The position numbers and the translations under genes are program-made. The notes beneath the pieces are model-generated. The model worked only from the letters and a program-made list of their open reading frames with translations. It was not told the DNA's origin and made no database searches. A stretch of 64,000 bases of DNA, from positions 31,806,001-31,870,000 of the forward strand of contig OX597830.1 in the NCBI GenBank assembly GCA_951406725.2, given 5' to 3'. This DNA is from Octopus vulgaris. Taxonomy: Eukaryota. Shown here piece after piece: positions 14,348-29,719 of the stretch. Position 1 is the first letter of the stretch, and every line of letters begins with the position of its first letter.

Positions 14348-14598
14348 CCTTTCTTTTTCTTACTTTCGCTTCATTTATTTTACTACTGCTGCCGCCGTCG
14401 CCACCACCACCTGCACCGCTCCCATCTTTACCTGTCTCCTCCTCTTCCACCCACTTTTCCTTTTTCAACATTCTTCTTCGCCTGCTTCTTAATTTCCTTA
14501 TACATACATATATACGCATATATACATATGTATATATATATATTTATATATATATATATATATTTATACATTTATATATATATATATGAACCTCATTC

Positions 14599-14649
<51 letters not shown>

Positions 14650-14676
14650 CATTTATATATATATATATGAACCTCA

Positions 14677-14718
<42 letters not shown>

Positions 14719-15066
14719 TATATTCTCGCTCTTTCACGGCTTATCCTCCCCTATAACAATCGCTGCCAATCCATCACACCCATATTTACCCCAATGCACA
14801 CACTCACACACACTCACACACACACACACCTTCATCTTTCTTCTTCCTTGTCACCGGCAATCGACAGTCGTTCCCTAGGAAACACACTACACACATACCA
14901 AGATAATGCGTTACGTCCACTGTCAGCAGATGATGCTGGTTTCCTTTGCAATCCTCTTCTTTTTTTTTTGTTAAACATTGCATTCATATACACACATAGT
15001 ATATACATTCATCCATAATTATACCTCCATGTATACACATACACACATATACATACATAAATATAC

Positions 15067-15154
<88 letters not shown>

Positions 15155-16164
15155 GTATATTATTTATTATATATATAGGCATTGGTTTGCATTGCTGTGC
15201 ACTCTCAGGGATTAAATATCTCATATCTAAGTAAAACGAACTAAGATTGTACACCAGAGCTTCATCCGCATTATCCACCTACAATGCAGCTTCTGCTGTG
15301 TATATTTAAGCATCCGAAATTATATGCCCCAGCATAGCACTCTGTGGATATTTTTCACTAGATTCTTAAGGCAGTTATTATTTCTCGACAATATATAAAT
15401 CGACCCCTCGTTTTTTTTTTTTTATTGCTGTTGTTGTTGTTGATTTTTTCTGGTCCATTCCTGGCCGAATTATATACAGACTTCTCATGATGTCAATGGC
15501 TAAGATATGTTGTGTAGCTGAATGATTGAATGTTTTTTCTTTTCCTTTTTTGTTTTGTCTTTTTTTTAATTCAATAGCAGCTGAAGAATGGATGAATAGC
15601 TTGTGAAACACTTAGATGTCCTGCGAGGTAACTTCTGGTAAATATTCTATATTTTCCTCGTGTGATATATTTGAGGTTCGTACGCTCACATTTGTTTAGG
15701 TCATAAAAGAGGAGGATATTATGTGAATCAGTTGGTTATTGATGCACTATTGCTATTCAGAAATGCACAAATGTAAGCTACACACGTGATCAGTCAGACA
15801 ATATGTGGTGCGTTAAGCTGTGTCCTCTATGTACTAGGTTGATCAATTCTCATTGGTCAATATGTTTATGCAGACGAATACCTGACAGACAGGTCAAAGG
15901 AAGAGATGGATGGAAAGGTATGACATAAGGGAATCTACCCTTCCATAAGTATGATCTTCAAAAGTGAATATTCTGCAAGCACATTAGATTTGATGGCCGT
16001 GGATTAATCAAAAGGCTTTAAACATTGGAGATATTAAAGACTAGATTTAAATGCTCACCCATCATCCCTATCAAGAGTCCTTGGACTTTTTAGATATAAC
16101 ACTAGATTTAAATACACATATTTACAATCCCCTACTGAAAGCCAAACGAGAATACGGTATATTC

Positions 16165-16540
16165 TTTTTCTTGTTTCAGTCACTAGGCTGAGGCCATGCT
16201 GGGGCACCACATTGAAGAATTTTTAGTTGAGCACAATGACTCAGTATGTATTTTTTTTTAAAGCCTGATACTTATTCTATCGGTTTCTTTTGCTGAAACA
16301 CTGAGTCACAGGGACGTAACAAATCATCACAGGTTGTCACAGACATAAAGATACATACATACATACACATATATGACAGGCTTCTTTCAGTTTCCGTTGT
16401 CTACCATATCGAATCAGAATGCTTTGGTCAGCCAAAGGCTATAGTAGAAGACATTTGACCAAGGTGCTATTTTGTGGGACTGAACATGGAACCATGTGGT
16501 TGGGAAGCAAGCTTCTTATCACACACAACAACACCTATGG
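16165..16540 (-). mobile_element. Diverged SINE family A copy
   Basis: cttgtttcagtca..ggccatgctggggcacc..tacttattctatcgg..ctatagtagaagaca..ggaaccatgtggttggg. Confidence 0.75.
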
Positions 16541-18139
16541 CTACTTGCAAACAAAAATTCCATCCACCCATGACCTTCAAATTGGAATGAGTAGTAGAGT
16601 TTCTGATGTAGCTTAGGACGAGGACATCTTTATGAGTGTACTCCTCTTATAATGATGAGTTTTTATCATTATATAAGAACACATCTTATATAACGATGTG
16701 TTAACTGGAAGTGACTTCAGCATAGACCTAATTTACAGAGAAAATGCTTCAGTCTATTTTTATATCGGAATAGAACTTGTATGAGAGAGATAATCTGATA
16801 CAACCTAGCATATAATCTGGTTGTTAACATGAATGAAGAAATTTCTTGCACTAGTAAGACTTTTCCTACCTACACATAAAATAGTATAAAATTTTCAACA
16901 CTCATAACGTTGATACTAATAATTCTTGCTTGTGCAGTATATTTTTTCAGATCACACACCACATCCAGAATCACACACTCACATATCCCTCCACTCTAAC
17001 AGTCAATTTACAGCTGTTGAAATTCTTCCACGTGTCCGCACAGAGTCTCCACTGTACAATGAACAGTGTTAAAGGAAATTGCACTGTATGTACTGCAATC
17101 GCTTTTAAAAAACGTTATTATGACCATTGTCACTCGCTCAGAAAAGAGTAATGGAAAACTTGACATCCTGACCAAGTTTGTCAGGAAGTTCAAGGTTAAA
17201 GTTTCTGAACACCTTCCTATAATATAGGGAATAATCTATAAATCCATTTTATAACAAAATGGATCATTAAACTGTAGATTTTGCCTGCTTGAAAAGTTCT
17301 AAACATTAAAAGAGCCTGCGATATCAATTAACCGGAGATCAGAAGGATTAAATCTAATGCCTGTTTCCCCTAAGAAGGATTCTAAATTCTTAAAGGACCA
17401 ACATTATTGACACAGTTTACTAACCATCAGATCTAACATGCATCGTGGAACAAATGTCTCTTGATGATTTCAAATCTCTTTAAAATATTCTCTCTTACAC
17501 CGTATCAATTCAGCTTGCTCTGCCTTTAGTCTGTTACATATTCACCCATGTGACTCACTTCGACAAATGAGAATTTACCTCCCTAATGTGTTGGAGATAT
17601 AAAATAATATTATTTAAAAAGACCACTACAATGCCTGCTGGAAATAAAGGAATGAAAACAAAGAATGTAAAAAGCAGCAGTTTTCACTTTTAATATTTCG
17701 AGTTTAAATACTCATTGTCGAGAATGCGGTAGATCAACTAGTACCCATTTTAGCATGTGTCAAAATAATAAAGAAGTAATTTTTCAAATCTTAACATTAG
17801 ATAAGGGACTCTAGCATATGCAGAGTGGTCGTGTTATTTCAGCCAATCACCAATTCTCGGGCATGTCTGTTGCTAACGGATACATTTAGATTATTAATCA
17901 GGGTAGCCTATTTAATCCTTGAATTATCGATATTCCATTCACTGGTTTCAGGAGCAATCATAATATTCTGAGTACGATACTTCACCAGATGTTTTTTTAA
18001 CTCATAAAATATTAGTGTAAATATGCTCTTCACTGCTGGTAAGCAGTTTGCCAATAGTGTTGCTGATGTAAGACTCATAATGTTTATTACAAACGTAATG
18101 ATAATGTCGAATGCTTATTTGAAACTATAACATAATGGT

Positions 18140-18402
18140 TGTCTCTCGTAGCCTGAGGAAGACGGTTCAGCAATTTCTGACTGAGCAGCCTGCACGAATG
18201 GCTTGTTTATAGTGATCAAAGGTATGTGTTGTACATTAGCTCGTACCATTTATCAAATCATCATCACCTGTACAGGTGAACGGTGTGCTACATGTCAGAT
18301 CACTAAGCAACATGAAAGGAAGTGCTTTACACTGCTTGGTCTGAGAATCGAGCCCATGATCTAGCGATCAGGAGTGCAACACCCTGACCACTAGGCCACG
18401 TA
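18140..18402 (-). mobile_element. tRNA-head SINE, family C-like head with a distinct tail
   Basis: Reverse complement starts cgtggcctagtggtcagggtgttgcactc..gggctcgattctcagacc. Confidence 0.6.
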
Positions 18403-18709
18403 TATGCAATTGGTATCTACATACAAATTTCAAAACGATATACAGTAATTAAACATTAGCAAATGTATAACTGGTTACAAAATGTAAATTAGGCAAATAT
18501 ATCTTATACATACATACATACATAAATACATACATACATGCATACATACACATTAATACATATACATATATATGTATACATGGAAACAATTGTAGGTACT
18601 AAGAACTTGTTTTGTTTGGAATTAAATATGTTCAAATAAATTGATGTCTATATCTTATATTCTCCGTTTTCTTTTTCTCATACATACATTCATAAATACA
18701 TACATATTC

Positions 18710-18862
18710 TTTTTTACTCTAAGCACAAGGCCCGAAATTTTGGGGGAGAGTGCCAAGCAATTAGATCGACTCCAGTATGTAACTAGTACTTAATTTATCA
18801 ACCCCGAAAGGATGAAAGCATTTCGCCTGGCATGCTAATATTTCTGCCATCTCACTGCCTTA
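18710..18862 (-). mobile_element. Internally deleted SINE family B copy
   Basis: tacttaatttatcaaccccgaaaggatgaaag joined directly to catttcgcctggcatgctaa..tctgcca..ctgcctta. Confidence 0.65.
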
Positions 18863-18967
18863 TACGTACATACATACATATATAGAGTGTACTGTTCCAT
18901 AATTGTAAGATCAACAAAAAAGTACTCCATCTGGTGAGAGATTAATATTATTTAATAAGCACAATCT

Positions 18968-19354
18968 GTTACTTGTTTCAGTCATTTGACTACGGCCATG
19001 CTGGAGTACCGCCTTTAGTCGAGCAAATCGACCCCGGGACTTATTCTTTGTAAGCCCAGTACTTATTCTATCGGTCTCTTTTTGCCGAACCGCTAAGTGA
19101 CGAGGATGTAAACACACCAGCATTGGTTGTCAAGGGGTACAAACACAGACACACAAACACACATGCATACATATATATATATACATATATACGACAGGCT
19201 TCTTTTAGTTTCTGTCTACCAAATCCACTCACAAGGCATTGGTCGGCCCGGGGCTATAGCAGAAGACACTTGCCCAAGATGCCACGCAGTGAGACTGAAC
19301 CCGGAACTATGTGGTTGGTTAGCAAGCTACTTACCACACAGCCACTCCTGCGCC
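18968..19354 (-). mobile_element. SINE family A, full length
   Basis: Matches the other family A copies from tail to head (gccactcctgcgcc). Confidence 0.9.
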
Positions 19355-19375
19355 TATTATTTATATCTATTTTTA

Positions 19376-20173
<798 letters not shown>

Positions 20174-20199
20174 TTATTAATATATATATATATTTATTT

Positions 20200-20370
20200 A
20201 TTCTTTTACTTGTTGCAGTCATTTGACCCCAAGACTTATTCCTTGCAATCTTAGTACTTACTCTAGCTGTCTTTTTTGCTGACATAAACACACCAGCATC
20301 GGTTATCAAGCGATAGTGGGAGGACAAACATAGTCAGAAAGACACACACACATAAATATATGCATACATG

Positions 20371-20414
<44 letters not shown>

Positions 20415-20576
20415 CGATGGGCTTCTTTCAGCTTCCATCTATCAAATGCTCTCACAAGGCTTTGGTTGGCCTGAGGCTATAGTAGAAGGCGCTTGCCCAA
20501 GGTACTTTGCAGTGGGGCTGGACCAGGGACAGTGTGGTTGGGAAGCAAGCTTCTTACTACACAGCCATGCTTGCAC
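20200..20576 (-). mobile_element. SINE family A with internal deletions
   Basis: Same motifs in reverse orientation. Confidence 0.8.
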
Positions 20577-20869
20577 ATATCTAACTCTCTCTATATATGG
20601 TGCTGTATTAAATATTTGAAAATGCAGCTAAGCCCTAGTTTTTATGCTTTTATGTAAGGATTTTTTTTCATACATTTTTCATTGGTACTTTGCAGTTCAT
20701 TTAGAACATTAAAATTCTTAAATCTATTATCAATATTTCTATACCTCCTCAGTCTCATCTTCCAGATGGAGTGATATTGGCGTGTGTTGCTACCTCTTAT
20801 CTAGCAAGCAAGTTCAATAGGATCCGCATAGATATTTGAATTTTCTACAATTAGATTTATACAGTGTTT

Positions 20870-21720
20870 GTCAGGTGTTTATTCATATTTGAGACAAGTG
20901 TTTGTTATCTATTTATTTTAACATTGTTCCGTGCTTTGAGTGTTATTTTCCATCATTAATTGTCATTTTGTTTTTTTGTCTGGAATTCTGAAGAGTATAT
21001 GTATGTATTATCTAATGTTTTCTCATCTAGTTTTGTTGTTTGTTTGGTTTACACAGTGTATTGTAATTGCTCCTTGTTGTAAGTGCACATTGAGCCAGAG
21101 GGCGAGTGTCACACTTGTATAGCCAATATGACTACTGGATTCTTAGAGCTTACACTTTCACATTGGCAACTGAATTTATTTATAAACCACAATGGTCATT
21201 AGTCGCTTGCTCTCTGCTTTACATGCTTATAGTTTATTATTAATAAGAAAGTAATTAATTTCAGTATTTTTATAGTATATTTATGGTTTTGTGTAATGCA
21301 ATTTAGTGCTACGTTTCATATGATTCTTGGTGTGTTCATGTAGTCCATAGTTAGTATAAATTGAATCCACGTAACACATTTTATGAGTGACTTGCATACT
21401 TTTAATAGTTTTGGTGTCTGATATATTTATTTGTTTCATTGTATTTCGACTTCTATTGTTTTATGACTCATTCTTTTAGTTTGTTGGAATGTCTGCTGTT
21501 GCAGAGTAGTTTTTCTATTATTCTGCAGCTTTCTTTATCTGGCATTTCGTTTATGAAGGAGAATCTAAATGCTCTCCAACTGAGGAATTATTACAACCAT
21601 AAATGAACGAATAAAGGCATCCTTTCCCTTGAACTGATTGTGAACTCTCATATATTTCTTAACTATGGTACCCAATTTCATAGATGCATTTATTCTAGGG
21701 TGTTTTATACAGTAATTATA
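20870..21720 (-). mobile_element. Decayed Penelope-like element, thumb plus GIY-YIG endonuclease region
   Basis: Frameshifted translations IYYKNTEINYFLINN..VVYK(F)SC..SHIGYTSVTLALWLNVHLQQGAITIH resemble the PLE GIY-YIG pattern VVYxF.C...YIG.T...L..R...H. Confidence 0.6.
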
Positions 21721-21900
21721 CAGTAATTAATTTATACAGTAATTTATACAGCAGAGTAAAAATACACAAAGCAACCTCTCATATATTTCTTAACTATGGT
21801 ACCCAATTTCATAGATGCATTTATTCTAGGGTGTTTTATACAGTAATTAATTTATACAGTAATTTATACAGCAGAGTAAAAATACACAAAGCAACCTCTC
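21645..21900. repeat. ~125-bp tandem duplication with an inverted copy at 22118-22184
   Basis: ctctcatatatttcttaactatggtacccaatttcatagatgc starts at 21645 and 21776; its reverse complement lies at 22118-22184. Confidence 0.9.
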
Positions 21901-22471
21901 TGACCCTTAGTAATTCAAATAAGTACACCAACACATAACAATTAGATAAGTGTTAAACAATATCCACTTGGACATGACGTAAAGCCTTCCAAAGAATTCC
22001 TAAAGACCCAGAAGAAGCTATCACGAAATAGGCAATATTCTCTTCTGAAGTTTGCTACTAAGGCTCTGAAATTAAGTCTATAACCAAAGTTCTGGAATCA
22101 GAAACAATAGATATCACATTAATTACTGTATAAAACACCCAAGAATAAATGCATCTATGAAATTGGGTACCATAGTTAAGAAATTCTTTGTACACTGTAG
22201 AACAAAGGCGACCTGCTGATATCTACAAGACATATGAAGAGAGATGGATTAATTATGTCTTCTTTCTTAGAGCTTATGTGCATGATGTTCTACTTTGCTA
22301 CAATAGAGAATAAAATGGTAGAGAGATAAAACATGTGATAAACGCTAGATATGTGAATGTTAACTCATCCTATAGAGTCAACGGAAACCAATAATTTAAA
22401 GTGAGACTTAGAAAAAAAACTCTATTCTAAGATTCATCTTCCAGAGCATAACAAATAAATCTTGTTTTATG

Positions 22472-22560
<89 letters not shown>

Positions 22561-23090
22561 AACAAGAAATACATACTGTCTGATAAATTATAGATGCAAA
22601 AATAGCTAATATTTACTCAGAAAAAAATGCCAATGATAAGATATATACATTTTTTTAATATGTCACCATATCAAAGAGAAAGACTTAATGATCATAGTAG
22701 ACACAACTTTAAGTATAGTTAATTTCTTAGCTATAATTCTAGATTTAGATAATAGTATACTGCCTTTATAGTAATCCTAAGGTAAGATTGCAAAGATTGC
22801 AGTACATTAATATAAAGTCCATCTATCCTCCAATAATCCTTAAAAACTTAGTTAATAACATTAGTAAGCACATATCCAGCTTATCCTCTGACGAGAAATC
22901 CCTTCGCTGTGCTGCACATTATTACAATAGAGCATTAAAAAAGTGGTCTCAAATATAAATCACATTATATGCAGAACAACCCAAACATTCATATAAGCAA
23001 ATACAAGCAACAAAATATTATGACATAATCCTCCCTGTAGATTGAATGTTCGTTCAAAATTTCTGGGATTTTCCTAAATCTTATATATTG
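21865..23090 (+). mobile_element. Decayed Penelope-like RT fragments (possibly two families, split by (TA)n)
   Basis: VKIHK, ETIDI, ARYVNV, EKNSILRF, IVNFL, then LQYINIKSIYPPIILKNLVNNISKHISSLSSDE..HYYNRALKK, resembling the PLE YIN..SNHPP thumb motif. Confidence 0.6.
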
Positions 23091-23903
23091 GCCAACTATA
23101 AATTTATAGCCAGGGTTATAAAATGCAATGACAATTTAACTTATAATAACTCCATGAAAAATTATGCTAAATGAATGAATGTTTATCTCAATTATTTGTA
23201 AGCCTTCCTTTAGATAATATCATGACTTTCGCCTAGTTACACATAGATTTGGATAAATTATCAATGGTTAGACTAATTCTTGTCTATCTCATTTCCTCTC
23301 CATGCTTCTTTCAGCTTTGTAATTGATGTAATTTTGAAAAGTCTTGTGTGTCACCATACATCATAATATTCCTATAAATGTTCTAGTGGATTAAGATTGG
23401 GCCTTGAGCAAACCATTCCTGAGATTTGTTTCCCTGCATTCATTTTCAAAATTTTTTGCCTTCTTTGTATAATTCAGGCCTCCCTTTTAAAAATTATCAG
23501 TCTTCTTATCAATTTCCAGATTGAAATATATGGGTAACAGACACTTTTCAAGCATTAGTATTCACACCTATTTAAAGGATTTTCATCTAAAATGAACTCT
23601 GATCTGCTATTGCTCAAAGTATCCCTTCCCCATCACTATACAATAATTCAAACTCCTTCAGGTTTAGATCTCACTTGCAAATAATCTGACTCCCAGGTTT
23701 CCGTTTTATTATACCACATGTACATATATTTTCCTTGAACTGGAAATTTGACAGAATTAGCTTTTGTCAGAACATGTTCTTTACTACAAAAACTCGTCTT
23801 ACTTGTTGCAGAAATCCTTAGCTCAGTTAAACGTTTTGGTCTTTATAACTTATGAAATCCTTAGCTTCTTGCAACCTTTCTTTCATAACTCAGGTCTTTT
23901 GTT

Positions 23904-24622
23904 CAGTGGTGTAGCTAGGGTAAACTACACTCGGGGCAAGCTGCAAAAATGCACCCTCACCCCACAACAATTACAAAATCTACAATATTATATAATACTT
24001 CATCATCATCATCATCATCGTTTAACGTCCGTTCTCCATGCTAGCATGGGTTGGACGGTTCGACCGGGGATCTGGGAAGCCAGAAGGCTGCACCAGGCTC
24101 CAATCTGATCTGGCAGTGTTTCTACAGCTGGATGCCCTTCCTAACGCCAATCACTCCATGAGTGCAGTGGGTGCTTTTTACATACCACTGGCACAGGTGC
24201 CAGGTGAGGCTGGCAACGGCCACGATCGGATTGGTGCTTTTTACGTGCCACTGGCACGGAAGCCAGTCAAGGCGGTGCTGGCATCGGCCACTTATTTGTT
24301 ACAAGTAATTAATGTTTTAAAACAATATTTTAGGAATGAATACTTTACCAGGGTTCATTTACCTGCCGGTTCAGTACAGCCTGTAATTCAAAATATAGTT
24401 TTTGACTGTTTACTTTTACGAAACTTCTTTATCTTAACCGTTTAAGGTATCAGCTTCCCAGACTGAAACATTAAAAATAACCTAATGTGTGAAATGAGAT
24501 GTAATAAAAGAAATACAGTTGTTTAAAGTTTAAGCTTTCTTGCTTTCAATGTGGTGCCCCCTTCAATTGGTGCCCGGGACACATGCCCCCAGTGCCCTCC
24601 CCCACTCTTAGTTACACTACTG
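23904..24622. mobile_element. hAT-like MITE nested in the Tc1 remnant
   Basis: Termini cagtggtgtagctagg and cttagttacactactg are inverted matches; subterminal tgcccc motifs; 8-bp TSD not convincing. Confidence 0.55.
24001..24290 (-). mobile_element. SINE family R copy (about two internal units) inside the MITE
   Basis: (cat)n cgtttaacgtccgttctccatgctagcatggg..ggtgctttttacgtgccactggcacg. Confidence 0.8.
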
Positions 24623-25900
24623 CTTCCAATAAGATGATATAAACATCCTTTCTAACAGTAGTATATTGATATTTAATAATTTCTCTCTTCACTGCCTTTT
24701 GACCTTTCAAATGCTTTCTTCTGACTTCCAAATATCTACTTCACTCAGCAAATTCCTTCTTTAATCTGCTCTTGACTATCTTGTGCACTGTTTGCTTATT
24801 AATACCAAATAATTGAGCGATTTCACAACTGGAATTTTTACACGGGTACCAAATGATGACATTCCAGTTTGTAAATTTGTCGACATCTCATCCAGTGGTC
24901 TTCATTCTTGTGCTTTATCAAATTAAAATTGTAATTTCTCCAAAACATACTTAAATTCATATCTGTACTTGGAAAGAAGAGAAAAATATGTCTAATTAGA
25001 AAAAAGAACAAAAAAAAATAATAACTGATTGCTAAATCTATTCATTGGTCACAGTAAATGAGCATTTCACTGTTAACCATACTATTGTATCAGAAATTTT
25101 ACTGCTTTTAAGAACAGTATAAACATACATAAAACGTTTCCACTATGAGTAAACAAAACTGTTCTTTCTGTAATTTCAACAACCTTAATATCTGTCCTCT
25201 CAGTTCATTAGTTTATCGAAATAAGGTATTTCTTGGAAGTAATAGCAAAGCAAAAAGATATTAAAAAGAATTACAGAAAATCCCTTCAAAAACAGATAAT
25301 AACATCATAAATATACTTTCAGAAATGTACTTTACAACTTTACTGATTATATATATTTGGAGTATAACATTAGAACATTAGCAATTGGTCTGTTAGAGAA
25401 CATGCCTCCTCTTACATTAACAGTTTCAGTACAACATTCCATTACATAAGGTATTCTTATAAACATTTCCTTTGCTATTTATTGAAAAAGCTAGCAACTG
25501 ACTTAAATAGTTTATTTCAAATACAATGGATTTGCCATACAATGGAATATATTTGAATAATAAAAAAAGACTGCTAATTTATTCATTATCCCTAAAATCT
25601 TATCTAAAAGTAACTTTGCATGTGTGTGTTTTAAACATATGATATTGAAGACATTAGAATATCACTTGTTTTTGCAGTTGAAGAGATAAGAATGCCAGCA
25701 CAGATGAATAAACGAATGTGAGACAACTTTTCAAAGGATTTTCTTTCATAGCCAATCAAATCTTTATGCACTAGCGATTAAGCAATATTTCAGAAAGTTT
25801 GTGAATATTCTTCTTCATATATTGTGAGACTCTTTCATTACTTCATCTTTTCAATAACTGGCAATATAAACTTCAGAGATCAAATTGATGAATCTCCAGC

Positions 25901-26599
<699 letters not shown>

Positions 26600-27124
26600 C
26601 AGTGAATACCAAACAGCATGGGCATGTAACAGTGAGCTGCTGGTAAAATAGATCAAATCTGAAACCATTATGAAGCAGGAATTGAGAATCCACAAAAACA
26701 ATGAAAGAAATCTATGTTTTAATGTAAGCCATCTCAGGAAAAGGAAAAATTTTCCTTATATGAAGTATATATATATATGTATATACAAAAAATAGCTTCC
26801 CTTTAGGCGGCAACATGTGTGTAAAAATGTAAACACTGCAATATTTTTGTACAAAGACTGCAAAGCTGTGAGTAAAATATAAAAATTTTAAATTTTAATG
26901 ACATATGCCTCCATATTTATACAAGACCTCTGTATATATGCACATTGCTGTCTCTTCTCAGCCTCTTATTGATACATCAATAATAATTCTAACTAAGAAA
27001 GAACCATCAACACATATCCATGGGTGGTGTTCAGTTAAAAAGTAAATGTTGTAAAATGAACCCATAACAAAACCAAACAAAGGAGAAAGAACTGTGGAGA
27101 GATTACCATAAATACCATGAAATA

Positions 27125-27447
27125 AAGACTCCGCCGGTTACGACGACGAGGGTCCCAGCTGATACGATCAACGGAACAGCTTGCGCGTGAAATTAACGTG
27201 CAAATGGCTGAGCATTCCACAGACACGTGTACCCTTAACGTAGTTCTCGGGGATAATCAGCGTGACACAGAGAGTGACAAGGCTGACCCTTTGAAATACA
27301 AGTACAAATCATTTTTGCCAGCTGAGTGGACTGGAGCAACGTGAAATAAAGTGTCTTGCTCAAGGACACAACGCGTCGCCGGGAATCGAACTCACAACCT
27401 TACGATCATGAGCCGAATGCCTTAACCACTAAGCCACGCGCCCTCAC
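27125..27447 (-). mobile_element. SINE family C (tRNA head plus CORE-like segment), CpG-rich copy
   Basis: Reverse complement: gagggcgcgtggcttagtggttaagg..gagttcgattccc..ttgtgtccttgagcaagacactttatttcacgttgctccagtccactcagctgg. Confidence 0.85.
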
Positions 27448-27633
27448 ACCATGAAATAGTTGATTTATGATTTACACACATTTCTATTTGCACACACTAC
27501 TATGCAACACTCCTCCAAAAACACAGGTATAAACTCATACCATAAATGCCCAATAAATTAACAAAGCCCACAACATGTGCCATAGAAGGCTGATACCTGA
27601 TAGAAGAACACAACCTGCACTGAACAAACAACA

Positions 27634-28066
27634 TCATCATCATCATTTAACATCTGCTTTCCATGCCAGCTTGGGTTGGGCGATTTGACTGAGGACTGGT
27701 GAACCAGATGTCTGCACCAGGCACCAATCTGATCTAGCAGAGTTTCTACAGCTGGATGCCCTTCCTAATGTCAACCACTCCGAGAGTGTAGTGGGTGCTT
27801 TTACGTGCCACTTGCACGAGGGCCAGTCTGGCAGTACTGGCAACGGCCATGCTCAATCTCCCTTCTCCATGCCATCGATGTTGTCCAAGTGAAGGGCAAA
27901 TGCCAATATAGCTTGGCACCAGTGACATCGCATTGCTCTAGATTTCTGGAGCAATGGGGAATAAAGTGTCTTGCTCAAACACAAAACACTCAACATGTTC
28001 CAGAAACTGAACTCACAACCTCATGATTGTAAGCCTGATGATCTAACCACTGAGCCATGTGCCTTC
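27634..28066 (-). mobile_element. SINE family R fragment (27634-27855) abutting a family C-head SINE (27860-28066)
   Basis: Family R tail motifs, then aaagtgtcttgctcaa..aaccactgagccatgtgccttc. Confidence 0.7.
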
Positions 28067-28200
28067 ACACACACATATACACATATATAGATATATATAT
28101 AAAATAATGAAGATGGCTATATATATATATTCATAAAACTAAATATATATATGTATATACATACATATACACATGCATACATACATAGATACATACATAG

Positions 28201-28242
<42 letters not shown>

Positions 28243-28245
<3 letters not shown>

Positions 28246-28364
28246 CTCCGCTCAAAACGTTAATCCCTCCTACTTTCCTTCTTTCCTGAGCGTCCAATAA
28301 TACTATATTTGTTCCACGTCCTCGCGTTGTGTTTTTTTTTGTGCTTTCATGTTTGGATTAACTT

Positions 28365-28366
<2 letters not shown>
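28243..28366 (+). mobile_element. Truncated P1 copy (5' half of the HHR motif missing)
   Basis: gagctccgctcaaaacgttaa..ttcctgagcgtccaataatac..gtttggattaacttta between TA tracts. Confidence 0.75.
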
Positions 28367-28401
<35 letters not shown>

Positions 28402-28734
28402 ATGTGTGTATTTGTGTATTAAAGATATCACTGGTTTCATCTTTAAAAAATTATTTTCATATCTCATCAATTTTTCAAGCCAATCAAATGGTGGAATGGT
28501 GCTCATCTCCATTTTGGATGAAATTTGGGTTTTCATTCAAAACGAAGATGAATGCCATTCCTCCACATGATTGGCTTGAATAACTGTTAAAGTTGTTAAG
28601 ATATTGTTTTTTGTACCATGAAACCCATGGTTGCATTAATTCACAATTAAAGAAATTTTATCCACCAATACAGTGTTGAGTACTCACTCTCAATTTTTGA
28701 CATCGTTGTATGTATGTATGTATATATATATATA

Positions 28735-29247
<513 letters not shown>

Positions 29248-29445
29248 ACATATATATATATATATATAATAATAAATATTAGGGAATAAATCCAAATTTA
29301 CAGGGAAAAATCAGATTTAGGATTAAATCCAATTTTATAGTAAAATATTATATAATATAATTCAAGACAAAACCACTATTTTGCAAAACAAACAAGGAAA
29401 GACTTAATCAATACATAAAAATTTTTAATATAAAGAAATAAACCG

Positions 29446-29488
29446 CCACTACAATCGTTTCATGTCTTCAATGACATTCGTCAGGTGG
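29446..29488 (-). ncRNA. Mirror copy of the hammerhead motif
   Basis: Exact reverse complement of 29545-29587. Confidence 0.8.
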
Positions 29489-29544
29489 ATTTTCGATCTC
29501 CTAATCTGTTTTAATTTATGAAAACAGATTAGGAGATCGAAAAT

Positions 29545-29587
29545 CCACCTGACGAATGTCATTGAAGACATGAAACGATTGTAGTGG
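29545..29587 (+). ncRNA. Minimal type I hammerhead ribozyme motif, canonical core
   Basis: ccac CTGACGA atgtc-attgaa-gacat GAAA c-gatt-GTA gtgg: stem I ccac/gtgg, 5-bp stem II, GUA cleavage triplet. Confidence 0.8.
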
Positions 29588-29673
29588 CGGTTTATTTCTT
29601 TATATTAAAAATTTTTATGTATTGATTAAGTCTTTCCTTGTTTGTTTTGCAAAATAGTGGTTTTGTCTCGAAT

Positions 29674-29719
<46 letters not shown>

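Larger units (their letters stand above)
23185..24900 (-). mobile_element. Highly decayed Tc1-like transposase remnant, interrupted
   Basis: CEIAQLFGINKQTVHKIV (HTH), EWFAQGPNLNPLEHL (cf. WPxQSPDLNPIE) and C-terminal NLSKSM..ILSKGRLTN. Confidence 0.55.
29349..29684. repeat. Near-perfect palindrome, ~164-bp arms and 8-nt loop (29513-29520)
   Basis: The arms are reverse complements; only one mismatch noticed (caag versus cgag). Confidence 0.95.

Noticed and set aside
14563-14682. Duplicated gaacctcattca unit within (TA)n; also short duplications at 1568-1597 and 5275-5338
   Set aside because: Best explained by local slippage or assembly stutter.
27370-27447. Possible tRNA gene (also at 5068, 53846 and 62960)
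   Set aside because: A/B boxes are present but no complete cloverleaf was evident, and each continues into a SINE-like body, so these are SINE heads.
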